Shown one piece after another: positions 36,731-48,033 of a stretch of 54,700 nt of DNA (position 1 is the first letter of the stretch; the number at the start of each line of letters is the position of its first letter). The DNA comes from a virus. Lineage: Duplodnaviria; Caudoviricetes. Made by a program: the position numbers and the translations under genes. The notes beneath the pieces were generated by a model. That model had not been told where the DNA came from, did not search any database, and was given only the letters and a program-made list of their open reading frames with translations. The stretch lies in IMG/VR virus record IMGVR_UViG_3300028897_000119, positions 1 through 54,700 of that record. One strand, given 5' to 3'.

Positions 36731-39700
36731 GGACTGCATACGCAAACTCGAGGCGGCTGGCTACAAGGTCAGTGACCGCGACAAGCGGTTGCTCGAGCAG
36801 TGGGTCCGCGACGGCCTAAGCGATACGCAGGCCGTCAATCGGATGCTGGCAATGGCTGAGTTCGATGTCGTTGACATCGCCAGTCGTGCGCGCGATCGCG
36901 GTGCCGAGATCCGCAAGCGTCCTGATGTCCTGGGCGAGATCCGCGAGTACCGGGAGGGCCAGCTCAAGCAATTGCGCAAAGATCTCGCTGCCGTGCAAAA
37001 GGAGTCCCGCGAGCTCGACATTCAGTACGGCGATATTCAGTGGATCAAGGACACGGTGAAGCACTGGACGCCGCTGAATCCTGATACCGAGCGAGGCGCG
37101 CCGATCGTCGGTGCCGGCCCGTTCGAGGGCATGGATCCTCCGGTAGATCTCAACGATGATCTCGCGCTGCAGAATCGCCTGAGCGCCATGCTGTTCGCCA
37201 ATCCCGATATGTGGACAAAGGGGCAGATGGCCGGCGGCCTGCTCCGTGGCAATAGCCCGCGCGAGCTGTTCAACAACTTCCGCAAGATGGAGGAGCAGCA
37301 GCGGAAGATCAGGGATCGACTGCGCGAGCTGCGTCCGCAGGAGGCGGCGCTGGTCGATCAGATCGACGAGATGACCGGCCAGCGGCCGAACCAGTTTTAC
37401 CAGTCCACGGATCTCGGTTTTTACTCGGCCGTCGAGGTAGCGGTGCGCACCATGCCGATGCCGAAGGGTGACGCAAAGACGGTCCTGGGCTGGTTGCAGA
37501 AGCAACCGGGAGTCACGGCCGATGAGATCACTTGGCTGCAGATCCCCGAGTACCTCGATCTCATGGAGAACGTCACGCGCGAGGAGCTGCTCGATTACGT
37601 GCGCGCCAATGGCGTTGTCGTTGAGGAAATTCAGCAGGGCGGTGGTCAGCAGATTCAGCCGAGCCTTGATGCGCAGCCGGCACCATACGATTTCGCGGCT
37701 GAGAAATGGGAGGTCGATTTCGATGACGTCATGGACGGTCGCATCGAGATATGGGATGTAACCGAGCGCGAGACTGGCCACGTTTTTGAGGTGCTGGTCG
37801 ATCACGACGCCGGCAACGTCGCGGTTCGCAATGAGCAGGATGGCGAGTTTCTGCCGATCGACGCACCGATCAACAAGCAAGACTTCGACGATGCGATGGC
37901 CGCCATCGAGAAGCATTACCTCGGTCTCGATCCTGCCGGCACATTCGATGCGCCGGCTTCAATCAACGAGGACCAGACGCTCGGCGGCGGTCGTAACTAT
38001 CGCGAGATCATCCTCAAGCTGCCCGAGGTGCAGGAAGCGCAGATTCTCTACACCGGCGAATTCAAGGGCGCCGGCATGGGATCAGCCGAGCTGCGTAATG
38101 CAGTCGTGCAAAAGGCGCTGAGCCGCAAGATCGAGATGCGACTGGTTGAGGCCAGCGACGGCTACGAGCGATGGATGTTCAATGGCCTGCTCGAGAAGGA
38201 CGTCGATTGGTTCATGCGGGCAATGGGCGACTACGGTCTGCGGTTCGAGTTCAAGCGCGAATACTCAATGACCGACGCGGAAGTGAATCCGGTCGGGATG
38301 CAGCAGAATTACGATTTCAGCCACTTCGACTATCCGAACATCATGGGATGGGCGAGGGTCAAGGACCGCATCGGCCCGAACGGCGAGAAGATCCTGTTCA
38401 TCGAGGAGATTCAATCGGATCTCCACCAGCGCGGTCGCAAGCGTGGCTACCGTGAGGGCATCCCGCCGGCGCCGAATTTCGTCGTCGGTCAGGATGAGTT
38501 TCAGTGGATCGCCCTGGACCCCAAGACTGGTGAGCAGATCTATTACGGCACGAATCAAAGCGGCCAGCCGAGCAAGATGTCAGTCGGCAAAGGTGCGGTC
38601 GCTGACCAGTTCGAGGCTGAGGTCTACCTGCAGCGACTCATTCACGGCAAGCACAAGGAGATGGTCGATGCGCAGATCGACGCCGTGCCTGATGCGCCAT
38701 TCAAGAACAACAAGTGGGTCGATCTCGTTCTGAAACGCATGGTCAGGCTGGCAGCCGAGCAAGGCTACGATCAGGTCGCATGGACGACTGGCGAGACTCA
38801 GGTCATTCGCAATTCGCTGGCTACCTACGCCGACGAGGTGCAGTACAACTGGGTCAAAGAGGAGCTCAAGGTCTACTCGAAGGACAGCGAGGGACGCATA
38901 GGGCTCAACTTCTCGGAGACGGTGCCGCGCGCCAAGCTGGCAACGTATGTCGGATCCGAGATGGCTCAGATGCTTGAAACCGAGCAGCGCAAGCGTTTCG
39001 AGAACAATCTCGAGCGCGGCACCATTCAGGTAATGACCGGCCGGGAATACCTCGAGCAGACCGGCGGCATGATTCGCTTCCCCGAGATGGATAAGGGTGA
39101 GCCGGCGGCGGCTGATATTGGGCAGCAGCTATGGGGTGATCCGGCACGGCCGTTCCTCGATGCCTATGTCGTTGTGCAGCACGGCGACACGATTCAGCGC
39201 AACCAAGCCATGCACGATCTGATGGTGTTCGCTGACAAAGATAAGGCCATGCGTGAGGCCGAGCATCACTTCAACTACCAGTATCCTGTGACGCTGACCG
39301 GCGATGATATGCAGGTCAAGGGCTGGCCGATGCGCAACTTCTACGACAAGACGGTGCCGCAGCAGCTCCGCAAGATTGTCAAGAAGCTCGACCGCGACGC
39401 GAAAGTGCGACTCAACGGCCAGCAGGTACGCACCAAGGATGGCGAGCCATTCCGGCTCGACACGGTCTTGGATCACGCGCGCTACAAGAACACGAATGGC
39501 CAGTGGTCTCGGACCACGACCAAGGTGCCGCAGTATTACATCCTCGATCGTGACGGCCGCCGGCGCGCTGGTCCGTTCGATACCAGTGACGTCGCTCAGG
39601 CGAAGCTCGACGAGTACAACGGCGAGCAAGAGATCGTTCATGTCATGGATCTGACCAACAAGATCCGCAACAACGTAATGAACGGTCAGCAGCTCTTTCA

Positions 39701-42700
39701 GGGCAAGCGCGGCTCGATCACGTTCAACAATGCCCGCCAGGGTGTCATCCGTCTCTACGAGTCGCACAACCTATCGACGTTCATTCACGAGGCCGGCCAT
39801 CTCTATCTCGAGATCATGGGATCGCTGGCGTCGAGGGCTGACTCGCCGCAGCAGATCAAGGATGACTGGCAGACGATCCTCGATTATCTCGGCGTTGACA
39901 GCTATCACGAGATCACGCGCGAGCACCATGAGAAGTGGGCCGAGTCATTCGAGGCTTACACGATGGAGGGCAAGGCACCGAGCATCAAGCTGCGGGATGC
40001 CTTCAACGCATTCCGCTCATGGCTGCTCAACGTGTACCGCACCATTCGCGGCGGCCCCAAGGCGCAGGTACTCACGCCGGAGATCCGTGGCGTCATGGAC
40101 CGGATGCTGGCGAGCGATGAGGAAATCGCGATCGCCGAGAATCATCAAGAGTACGCCTCGCTGTTTATGACGCAGGAGGAGTCCGGCATGTCGCCGGAAG
40201 CCTACGCGGTGTATCGCAATGAGCTGGTGCGCGCCCACAACGAGGGCGTCGAGAAGGAACACCAGACGGTGCTGCAGGCGCTCAAGCGTGAGTCGATGGC
40301 ATGGTGGAAGCACGAGCGCGAAAAGGTGCGCGCCGAGGTCGAGACCGAAGCTCACGAGATGCGCGTCTACAAGGCGCTGTTTATGCTGCAGCGCGGGACG
40401 CAGCCGGATGGCAGTGCGCCGACGATGTCGCCGTTCAAGATCAACAAGCAATCGCTGCTCGATCTGCTCGGCCCTGACCAGACGTTTCTCAACCAGCTCC
40501 CGAGGCCGTGGGTGTACGCGGCCAAGGGTGGCGTCGATGTGAATGAGGCGGCCAGGATCTTCGGCTACCGGGATGCTCACGCCATGATGAACGAGCTGGC
40601 CAGTGCTCCGAAGATGACCGATTGGATCGAGGCTGAGACCGATGTCCGTATGCGGCAGCGGTATCCCGACCCGCTGCATGACGGCACACTGTCTGAGACG
40701 GCCCTCAAGGCGGTCCACAACGAGCGCAGGGCGAATGTACTGATGACCGAGCTGCGGCAGCTACGGGCCCTGCAGCGTCGCGACAGGGGCATTGTGAGGG
40801 CTACCGAGCGCCGTATTGCCCGCGAGGAGCGTCAGGCCAAGGCGGCGAACCGTGGCATCCTGCCGAAGCGGGCCGAGCTGGCAGCGATCAAGGCCGGCGC
40901 CAAGGAAGCCATAGGCCGGCGTCGTGTGCGTGAGGTGAAGCCGCATATCTACCTCGCAGCCGAGCGCAAGGCGGCACGGCAGGCATTCGAGGCAGCGACC
41001 CGCAAGGATTGGGAGGCGGCCTACAACTTCAAGCGGCAGCAGATCATCAATCACGAGATGTATCGTGCAGCCGTGCGCGCCGAGGCCGAGATGACCAAGG
41101 CGCGGAACTATCTCGCGAAATTCGAGAAGCCTCGCAAGCGGCAGCAGATGGGCAAGGCTGGTTTCCTCGATCAGATCGACGCGGTCCTCGAGGGCGTAGA
41201 TCTGCGCAAGAAGTCGCTGTCTCAGGTCGATCGCGAGGAGCGTCTCAAGGATCTCCGCGACATGGTCGAGGACGGTCGCATGATCGTGACGCCGGAGACG
41301 CTGGCGAAGATTGTCGATGAGACGGTCAACTGGCAGCAGCTCACGGTCGAGGAGATGCGCGGCCTGCGGGATGTCGTCAAGCAGCTTGAGCACATGGCCA
41401 AGCAGGCCGAGATGAACAATTACCTCGTCAACGGCGAGACGCTGAATCTCGATGATGTGGCTGTGGAGCTCGAGGCATCGGTGCTCGAGAACAATACCGA
41501 GATCGCGCTGCACGGTGGCCACAAGACCAAGAAACAGGGCGTCGTCAAGGCGAAGGATCAGGCGATCACCAACTGGTTGCGGCCGAGCTCGATCGCGAGG
41601 GTGCTCGACAAGGCTGGCTTTGGGGCCGTGTCGCGCTACATCATCGTGCCGCTCAGGCGGGCCTACTCCGAGCGATTGATTCCGGCGCTGCACAAGGCGC
41701 AGGAGGATGTGTCAGGGATCTACCTCAAGCACTACAGCACCAAGGATCTCGCCAAGCTCCACAAGAAAAACATCACGATCGAGTCGCAGGGCGTCACTTA
41801 CAGCAAGGCTGATGCAATCGCGGTGGCGCTCAATTGGGGCAACGAGGGCAATCGCCGCGCGCTCCTGGGCGGCGTACTCGACAACGGTCAGCTTGCGTAT
41901 CCCGAGCCTGTAGCGCGCCAGCTTCTCGCGCAGCTCAGCGAGAAGGATTGGGCATTCGTGCAGGATGTGTGGGATTACATCGACACCTACTGGAAGGATC
42001 TCAGCGAGGCCGAGCAGCGCCGGCGTGGCATTGCGCCATCAAAGGTCGAGGGTCAGCCGTTTCAGATACGCACCGCCGATGGCAAACAGATCACTGTGCG
42101 CGGCGGCTACTACCCGCTGATGTACGATCACGAGCTGTCGGATCGCGTCAAACAGGACAGCCTCGAGGACATCTACAAGAAGCTCGGCACTGGCGTCTAC
42201 GTGTCAGCGAGCACTCGTGCCGGCGCTACGCACGAGCGCACACGCCAGCAAGGTCTTGTTGTCAGGCTCGATCTCAATGTCATCGACATCCACTTGCGCG
42301 AGATCATTCGCGACATCGCAATCGGCGATGAGGTCAATTTCGTCAAGCGGATCCTGAATGACCGCAGGTTCCGCTCCGCGATGAAACGCACCGGCAACAA
42401 TGAGGCGCTCAAGTCGCTGAACCTGTGGCTGACTGATGCAGCCGTGGGTGAGATGCCGGCGCAGAATATCTACCAGAAGGGCGCGCGGTGGATCCGTGGC
42501 GGCTTCACCAAGTCACGGCTTGGCCTGAACCTGCTCGTCACGGCGCTGCAGTGGACCGGCTTTTTCCAGTCGATCGCGTTTGTCGGCACCAAGGGCATGA
42601 TGATGGGTGTCGGCAAATTCATGCAGAACCCCGCGAAATGGTGGAACTACGTCAGCGAGAGCAGTGACTTCATTCGGACTCGCTACGATGTAGGCGCATG

Positions 42701-43532
42701 GCACAAGGATGTGCAGGACGTCGATGCGCACCTCAATGCGTGGTTCGGGGCAGCCCCGACGATCGCCAAGGAGACCATGACGCGGATCAGCTACGGTCTA
42801 TTCCTGCCGATCAAGTACGCGCAGAAGGTGGTCGATGTCATTACGTGGCTCGGTGCTTACGAGAAAGCGCGCAATGTCGATGGCGAGAATCACCAGCAGT
42901 CAGTGCTCATGGCTGATGCGGCCGTCGAGGGCGCGCAGACTTCCGGCTTTTTCACGGATCGCTCGAACATCGAGCGCGGCACCCTGAGCGAGAACACGCG
43001 GCAGGCTGAGTACATCCGAATCTGGACGACGCTCATTGGCTACATGCTGGCCAAGGGCAACATCGCCTACGAGAAAACTAAGAACACGAATTTCAGGAAG
43101 CCGTCGCAGATCTTGTACTGGTCGATGGACATGATCTTGCTGTTCACGGTTGAGGGCATTGCCAGCTATCTGCTCTACGGCAGGCTGCCGGAGGAGGATG
43201 ACGAGGGCGACGAGCTCAAGCGGTGGGCGAAATGGACGGCGGCCGCCACGGCAGACTCGATAGTCAGCGGCATCCCGTTCGTGCGCGAGATCCCGAGTCA
43301 GCGGTATGGCAGCGGCAGCACTCCAATCGGTGCATTCGCCAAGGATCTGTTCAACGTGTGGGTGCAGGCCGAGCAGGGTGAGGCCGACGAGGCTCTGCGC
43401 AAGGCCCTGGTCAATGCGGTTGGCACGGCCACTCACTTGCCGTCATCGCAGACCAATCGGGTGCTCGATGCAATTTGGGACGAGGACGACACGGAGCTAT
43501 TGGAGTACATTACAGGCCCCAAGGATGATTAA
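36720..43532 (+). CDS. Giant internal virion (polyvalent) protein with a zincin-like HEAGH domain
   Basis: 2270 aa; STFIHEAGH...HEKWAESFEAY..EGKAPS; also an IEEIQSD domain. Confidence 0.8.
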   Translation: MAVRDCIRKLEAAGYKVSDRDKRLLEQWVRDGLSDTQAVNRMLAMAEFDVVDIASRARDRGAEIRKRPDVLGEIREYREGQLKQLRKDLAAVQKESRELDIQYGDIQWIKDTVKHWTPLNPDTERGAPIVGAGPFEGMDPPVDLNDDLALQNRLSAMLFANPDMWTKGQMAGGLLRGNSPRELFNNFRKMEEQQRKIRDRLRELRPQEAALVDQIDEMTGQRPNQFYQSTDLGFYSAVEVAVRTMPMPKGDAKTVLGWLQKQPGVTADEITWLQIPEYLDLMENVTREELLDYVRANGVVVEEIQQGGGQQIQPSLDAQPAPYDFAAEKWEVDFDDVMDGRIEIWDVTERETGHVFEVLVDHDAGNVAVRNEQDGEFLPIDAPINKQDFDDAMAAIEKHYLGLDPAGTFDAPASINEDQTLGGGRNYREIILKLPEVQEAQILYTGEFKGAGMGSAELRNAVVQKALSRKIEMRLVEASDGYERWMFNGLLEKDVDWFMRAMGDYGLRFEFKREYSMTDAEVNPVGMQQNYDFSHFDYPNIMGWARVKDRIGPNGEKILFIEEIQSDLHQRGRKRGYREGIPPAPNFVVGQDEFQWIALDPKTGEQIYYGTNQSGQPSKMSVGKGAVADQFEAEVYLQRLIHGKHKEMVDAQIDAVPDAPFKNNKWVDLVLKRMVRLAAEQGYDQVAWTTGETQVIRNSLATYADEVQYNWVKEELKVYSKDSEGRIGLNFSETVPRAKLATYVGSEMAQMLETEQRKRFENNLERGTIQVMTGREYLEQTGGMIRFPEMDKGEPAAADIGQQLWGDPARPFLDAYVVVQHGDTIQRNQAMHDLMVFADKDKAMREAEHHFNYQYPVTLTGDDMQVKGWPMRNFYDKTVPQQLRKIVKKLDRDAKVRLNGQQVRTKDGEPFRLDTVLDHARYKNTNGQWSRTTTKVPQYYILDRDGRRRAGPFDTSDVAQAKLDEYNGEQEIVHVMDLTNKIRNNVMNGQQLFQGKRGSITFNNARQGVIRLYESHNLSTFIHEAGHLYLEIMGSLASRADSPQQIKDDWQTILDYLGVDSYHEITREHHEKWAESFEAYTMEGKAPSIKLRDAFNAFRSWLLNVYRTIRGGPKAQVLTPEIRGVMDRMLASDEEIAIAENHQEYASLFMTQEESGMSPEAYAVYRNELVRAHNEGVEKEHQTVLQALKRESMAWWKHEREKVRAEVETEAHEMRVYKALFMLQRGTQPDGSAPTMSPFKINKQSLLDLLGPDQTFLNQLPRPWVYAAKGGVDVNEAARIFGYRDAHAMMNELASAPKMTDWIEAETDVRMRQRYPDPLHDGTLSETALKAVHNERRANVLMTELRQLRALQRRDRGIVRATERRIAREERQAKAANRGILPKRAELAAIKAGAKEAIGRRRVREVKPHIYLAAERKAARQAFEAATRKDWEAAYNFKRQQIINHEMYRAAVRAEAEMTKARNYLAKFEKPRKRQQMGKAGFLDQIDAVLEGVDLRKKSLSQVDREERLKDLRDMVEDGRMIVTPETLAKIVDETVNWQQLTVEEMRGLRDVVKQLEHMAKQAEMNNYLVNGETLNLDDVAVELEASVLENNTEIALHGGHKTKKQGVVKAKDQAITNWLRPSSIARVLDKAGFGAVSRYIIVPLRRAYSERLIPALHKAQEDVSGIYLKHYSTKDLAKLHKKNITIESQGVTYSKADAIAVALNWGNEGNRRALLGGVLDNGQLAYPEPVARQLLAQLSEKDWAFVQDVWDYIDTYWKDLSEAEQRRRGIAPSKVEGQPFQIRTADGKQITVRGGYYPLMYDHELSDRVKQDSLEDIYKKLGTGVYVSASTRAGATHERTRQQGLVVRLDLNVIDIHLREIIRDIAIGDEVNFVKRILNDRRFRSAMKRTGNNEALKSLNLWLTDAAVGEMPAQNIYQKGARWIRGGFTKSRLGLNLLVTALQWTGFFQSIAFVGTKGMMMGVGKFMQNPAKWWNYVSESSDFIRTRYDVGAWHKDVQDVDAHLNAWFGAAPTIAKETMTRISYGLFLPIKYAQKVVDVITWLGAYEKARNVDGENHQQSVLMADAAVEGAQTSGFFTDRSNIERGTLSENTRQAEYIRIWTTLIGYMLAKGNIAYEKTKNTNFRKPSQILYWSMDMILLFTVEGIASYLLYGRLPEEDDEGDELKRWAKWTAAATADSIVSGIPFVREIPSQRYGSGSTPIGAFAKDLFNVWVQAEQGEADEALRKALVNAVGTATHLPSSQTNRVLDAIWDEDDTELLEYITGPKDD

Positions 43533-43534
43533 AC

Positions 43535-46500
43535 ATGGCAGTCAGCAACTCCACGGATAGGTTCAACGGGATCATCGCCAGCAAGGCGATCAAGGTGCCA
43601 TGCAAGCGCGCGGCGACGACCAACATCGCCAGCCTGAGCGGCCCGCTGTTTCTCGATTTCTACAACTTCAATGACGGCGACCGCGTCCTGCTCACGGCGC
43701 AGACCAATCCTGTCGAGAACGGCATATGGGAGGTCAACACCTCGAGCGCATGGAGTCGTGCGCCGGATTGGGATGGCTCTCGCGACATCACCCTGAACAC
43801 ACTGGTCACGGCTGAGCGCAGCTCGGGTGTGCCGGTCATGTACCGTGTCTCGTCGCCGGCCACGGATCCGATCGTTGTTGGCTCGACGCCAGTCCTGCTC
43901 GATTTCTATTTCGATCCTGACAATCCGGCTGCCGCCGATCTGCAGACAGTTACGGATGTTGGCAACACGACCACCAATCCTATTCAGATCACAAATGGCT
44001 CGGCGCTGATTCTCACCGAGGGCACTGGTCGCACTCTGACGATGGAGGCGACCACCAATCCGATCAACTTCACGGTGTCTGGTGCTGCGTCAGGTATTCA
44101 GTTCCTTGGTGCTGCCACTGAGTATTTCTTCTCGAACGATGTGCGCGTAGCCGGCAACGTCACAGCGCAGCAAAACGGCATCTTCGTCGGCTTCAATAGC
44201 ACTGGCGCCGAGTCCATTCAGATGTCACACAATGACACTGACGGAATAATCTCTGCGTCTCTCGGCTACCTCCGCTTGCAGCCAGCAACCGCAGTCATCA
44301 TTCCAGATGGCAGCTCATCGCAGGCCGGCATAGGTTTCGATGGCGAGGAAGGCATGGGCATGTATCGGCACCAGCCGAACATGATTGCATGGACCGTCGC
44401 CAGCGCGAGACGCATGTCGCTATCGCTTGGCGGTCTCATCGTTCACGACAACTTCATGTCAGTGAACGATGGCACTCAGTCGATCTACCTGAATAGTGAC
44501 GATCTTGGGTCGGCCATTCTCGGCACGACTGGCCGCACAAACCTGCAGGTCAATGGCGTCGGTCTCGATTACTTCACGCTGCGCGAGCCCAATTTCAGGA
44601 TGCTCGAGAAAGCGGCAGCACCGGCAGATCAAGCGGGTTTCGGTCAGGTGTGGGTTCGGAATGATGTGCCGAATACGCTCATGTTCACCGACGATGATGG
44701 CAATGACTATGTGGTAGGTGGTCAAGCCTTCGGTGATCCGCTGATTGTCACGCGCCTTATTGCCGGAGACCCAGGAACAGAATCGACCGGCATCTCGATC
44801 GACGGTGTCAATTACCTGGGCTCAGCCAAGGTCTCGGATCTTGGTGGCACCAATCTCGCGCAGTTTATCCTGCACCGGCATTCGACGACGATTGCTCCTG
44901 TCATCGTTTCGGCTCGATCGAACAGTGACGACGCGACTCATGCGCTGGTCACTGACGGTCAATCGCTGTTGTGGATTACGGCAACGGGTTGGGATGGTGC
45001 GGCTTATCAGCGAGCAGCCGAGATCGAGCTCGAGGTCGATGGCACTGCGGCGCTCAACGATATGCCGGGGCGCGTCATCTTCTCGACGACTCCGGCTGGC
45101 GCGAAAGTGCCTGTCGAACGTATGCGCATCTCGAGCGAGGGTAGCCTTTATCTGAGCGAGATTGCTGCGGCAGACACCGACATTGTCGGCAAAGGTCAGC
45201 TATGGGTGAACAGCGCCGATGCGGGCTTGCTGTACTTCACCGACGAGGCCGGTAACGATTACTCGCTGACGGCCGGCGGCGGCGGCGGCTTCGACAGTTT
45301 CAACTACGTCTACGACTCAACCACGACGATCAATGATCCTGGTCCCGGTAACATCCGGTTCAACAATGCCGGAGGACCGGGTTCGTCACAACAATTTGCT
45401 ATCGACACGACTGATAGTGACGGCACCGATCTTTACCAGTGGATGCTCGACTGTTGGGGACCGACAAACGGTGCAGTCAACGGCATCCTGTTCCGCATCG
45501 TCAAGGCAGACGATCCGACTGTCTACGCCTACGGCTCGATCAACGAGACGGCCACCATCAGCGCAGGCTACGTTGCTGCCTACATCAACTGGACTGAAAC
45601 CAACGGCACCTTCACGAATGGCGATGCCTGCAAGGTCCAGATCACTCCGCAGCCTTACGTCGCGCCGCCAACAACGGCCTTCGGTATTTATGTCGGTCGC
45701 GAGGATATTGGTGGCCAGCCGCTCAACGGTGTGCTGCAGTCGAGCCTTATCACGCACCCGCTGAATGTTGGCACCGCAACACTGAACTTCATTCAAGGCG
45801 GCACCTACTCGATCACGATGAACGCGGGTTCGGTGACAACCAGTGGCGCTGCCATCTGTCGCCACAACGCCAGCAACCGGCACGAGTGGTACGGCTCTGG
45901 AAACATTCTGCCCCGGCTGCAAGTCACTGAGACCAGTGTCGTCATCGGTCATGGCAACGACGCCGGCAACGGCGCCCCGCAGCTTTACTTGCGTGAGCGC
46001 ACCAGCTTGACGGCTCCGGGCACTGGATGGGGCGGCCTCGCTGTTCTCAACAGCACTCCGAATCAACTGTGGTTCATCGACGATGCCAATAACACCTACA
46101 ACCTGACGAATCCGGGGGCAGCGGCAACGGTGATTTCGGCCGGCTGGTCCACTGGCTCAGGCGGCTCGTTCACGGTGGGCGCCAATGCGCCGTTCTTCTA
46201 CACGGAGCAGGCCGCTAACGATACTCCTGCCGCCGGTCAGGGACAGGTATGGGTGCGGAATGACACGCCGAACACCCTGATGTTCACCGACGATGCTGGT
46301 GGCGATCACCCTCTCTCGATCATATTCACCAGCACCGAGAACGGCTTGGCACCGGCATCCGGTGGCGGTACGACTAACTTCCTGCGCGCCGATGGCACAT
46401 GGGCAGCACCTCCGGGCGGCGGCATTACGCAGCTCACCGGAGACGTAACCGCAGGCCCAGGGTCAGGGTCTCAGGCGGCCACGATTGCGAACGACGCAGT

Positions 46501-48025
46501 CACCTACGCCAAGATGCAAAATGTCGTCGGCAACAATGTCCTGCTCGGTAACAATGCAGGCGCCGGCGGCATCGTCGATGAGCTGACTGGCACCGAGGTC
46601 ACGGCGCTACTCGATCAGTTCACGACTACGCTGCAGGGACTCGTGCCGGGATCAGGCGGTGGCACGACAAACTTCCTGAGAGCTGATGGCACATGGGCTG
46701 CGCCGGCAGCCGGCGGCTCGATCGGCGGCTCGATCACCGACAATCAGATCGCTGTCGGTGCGGCAGCGGCCAATGACATCGAGGGCAGCGCCAACTTCAC
46801 CTACGATGGCACGACGCTCGCGATTGCGACTGGCATCCTGCCGTCAGCACCGGCGATCGAGGTGTCGAACACTCGGCCTGTAATCGTTCTCGATGAGAGT
46901 GATGCGACGGCAGACAATGGTCGCTGGTATCTCCATGCGTCAGCGGAAACCTTCGAGATTGTAGCGATCAATGACGCTAACACGGTGAGCGATCCGGCAA
47001 TCACGATCAATCGCACTGGCGCGGCAATCGACAATCTCATATTCGGTGCGCCGCTGCAGGCTCCGACCGGAAGCGCAGCAGCTCCGGGCATCGTGTTCTC
47101 GAGCGCGACAACGACCGGCTTCTACAACGTCACGACCAACACGATCGGCTTTGCCGGTGGCGGCGTGGCGCTGTGGCAGGCGAACAACAATGCGATGACG
47201 TTCCTGACCGGCAAAGATCTCATCATGGAGGACAACTCCGAGATCCAGCTCGGCACCGCAGGAGCGGACGGCAGGATCTACTCCGATGGCACGAATGTAA
47301 TCATTCAGCACTTGGTCGGGGGCGGCGACATCCTGCTCAACACGGCGACGTCAGGGCTGGTTGCCATTCAGGAGGGCGGCAGCACCAAGTTCGAGGTCAA
47401 TCACGGATCTGACCGAGTCATCATCAACGACTACACGCTCTATCTCGAGGAGCGCGCGGCGGCGCAAGGCGACACGGCCGCTTACGGTCAGCTATGGGTG
47501 CGCAACGATACGCCGAACAGCTTGATGTTCACGGACGATGCCGGCAATGACATCGTCCTGGCCAGCCAAGGTAATCCCGCCGGCATCCAAGGCGACTTCA
47601 ATACTGGCTCGCTGACGCTGACCGGCACGACATTTGCTGGTGCTCTGAACCTTGGTCTGCCGGTCTCGAGCACGTTCATGCTCTACATCGTCTTTGATTG
47701 TCAGGCGCCCTCGGCCGATGACGTCAAGATTCAGTTCGCCACGAATGCTGGCACGGTGGTCAACGGCATGGTGACGGAAAGCAACACGAATACGTCGCAG
47801 CCAATATGGGCTACTGCAGCTCAGGTTGTCACCAACTCGGTAGTCATTCCGACCAATGGCGGCGCGAATTCGCAGGGCTCAGGCACCTATGTCACGATCA
47901 TGGCGCTGGTCAAGACGGACGCCAATCCGCACACGTTCTCGCTGCGAGCAGCCAAGAACGGCACCAGCGGCGGCAACGGCTTCTTCCGCATCCATGCCGG
48001 CATGATGGCCATTCAGATCCCGTAG
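43535..48025 (+). CDS. Long modular tail fibre
   Basis: N-terminus paralogous to 24760-25857; repeated GQ.WVRND.PN.LMFTDD and GGGTTNFLRADGTWAAP modules. Confidence 0.85.
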   Translation: MAVSNSTDRFNGIIASKAIKVPCKRAATTNIASLSGPLFLDFYNFNDGDRVLLTAQTNPVENGIWEVNTSSAWSRAPDWDGSRDITLNTLVTAERSSGVPVMYRVSSPATDPIVVGSTPVLLDFYFDPDNPAAADLQTVTDVGNTTTNPIQITNGSALILTEGTGRTLTMEATTNPINFTVSGAASGIQFLGAATEYFFSNDVRVAGNVTAQQNGIFVGFNSTGAESIQMSHNDTDGIISASLGYLRLQPATAVIIPDGSSSQAGIGFDGEEGMGMYRHQPNMIAWTVASARRMSLSLGGLIVHDNFMSVNDGTQSIYLNSDDLGSAILGTTGRTNLQVNGVGLDYFTLREPNFRMLEKAAAPADQAGFGQVWVRNDVPNTLMFTDDDGNDYVVGGQAFGDPLIVTRLIAGDPGTESTGISIDGVNYLGSAKVSDLGGTNLAQFILHRHSTTIAPVIVSARSNSDDATHALVTDGQSLLWITATGWDGAAYQRAAEIELEVDGTAALNDMPGRVIFSTTPAGAKVPVERMRISSEGSLYLSEIAAADTDIVGKGQLWVNSADAGLLYFTDEAGNDYSLTAGGGGGFDSFNYVYDSTTTINDPGPGNIRFNNAGGPGSSQQFAIDTTDSDGTDLYQWMLDCWGPTNGAVNGILFRIVKADDPTVYAYGSINETATISAGYVAAYINWTETNGTFTNGDACKVQITPQPYVAPPTTAFGIYVGREDIGGQPLNGVLQSSLITHPLNVGTATLNFIQGGTYSITMNAGSVTTSGAAICRHNASNRHEWYGSGNILPRLQVTETSVVIGHGNDAGNGAPQLYLRERTSLTAPGTGWGGLAVLNSTPNQLWFIDDANNTYNLTNPGAAATVISAGWSTGSGGSFTVGANAPFFYTEQAANDTPAAGQGQVWVRNDTPNTLMFTDDAGGDHPLSIIFTSTENGLAPASGGGTTNFLRADGTWAAPPGGGITQLTGDVTAGPGSGSQAATIANDAVTYAKMQNVVGNNVLLGNNAGAGGIVDELTGTEVTALLDQFTTTLQGLVPGSGGGTTNFLRADGTWAAPAAGGSIGGSITDNQIAVGAAAANDIEGSANFTYDGTTLAIATGILPSAPAIEVSNTRPVIVLDESDATADNGRWYLHASAETFEIVAINDANTVSDPAITINRTGAAIDNLIFGAPLQAPTGSAAAPGIVFSSATTTGFYNVTTNTIGFAGGGVALWQANNNAMTFLTGKDLIMEDNSEIQLGTAGADGRIYSDGTNVIIQHLVGGGDILLNTATSGLVAIQEGGSTKFEVNHGSDRVIINDYTLYLEERAAAQGDTAAYGQLWVRNDTPNSLMFTDDAGNDIVLASQGNPAGIQGDFNTGSLTLTGTTFAGALNLGLPVSSTFMLYIVFDCQAPSADDVKIQFATNAGTVVNGMVTESNTNTSQPIWATAAQVVTNSVVIPTNGGANSQGSGTYVTIMALVKTDANPHTFSLRAAKNGTSGGNGFFRIHAGMMAIQIP

Positions 48026-48033
48026 GAGGGAGC

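Noticed and set aside
43535-48025. Diversity-generating retroelement acting on the fibre
   Set aside because: No reverse transcriptase and no template/variable repeat pair differing at adenines; the internal repeats differ at synonymous positions.
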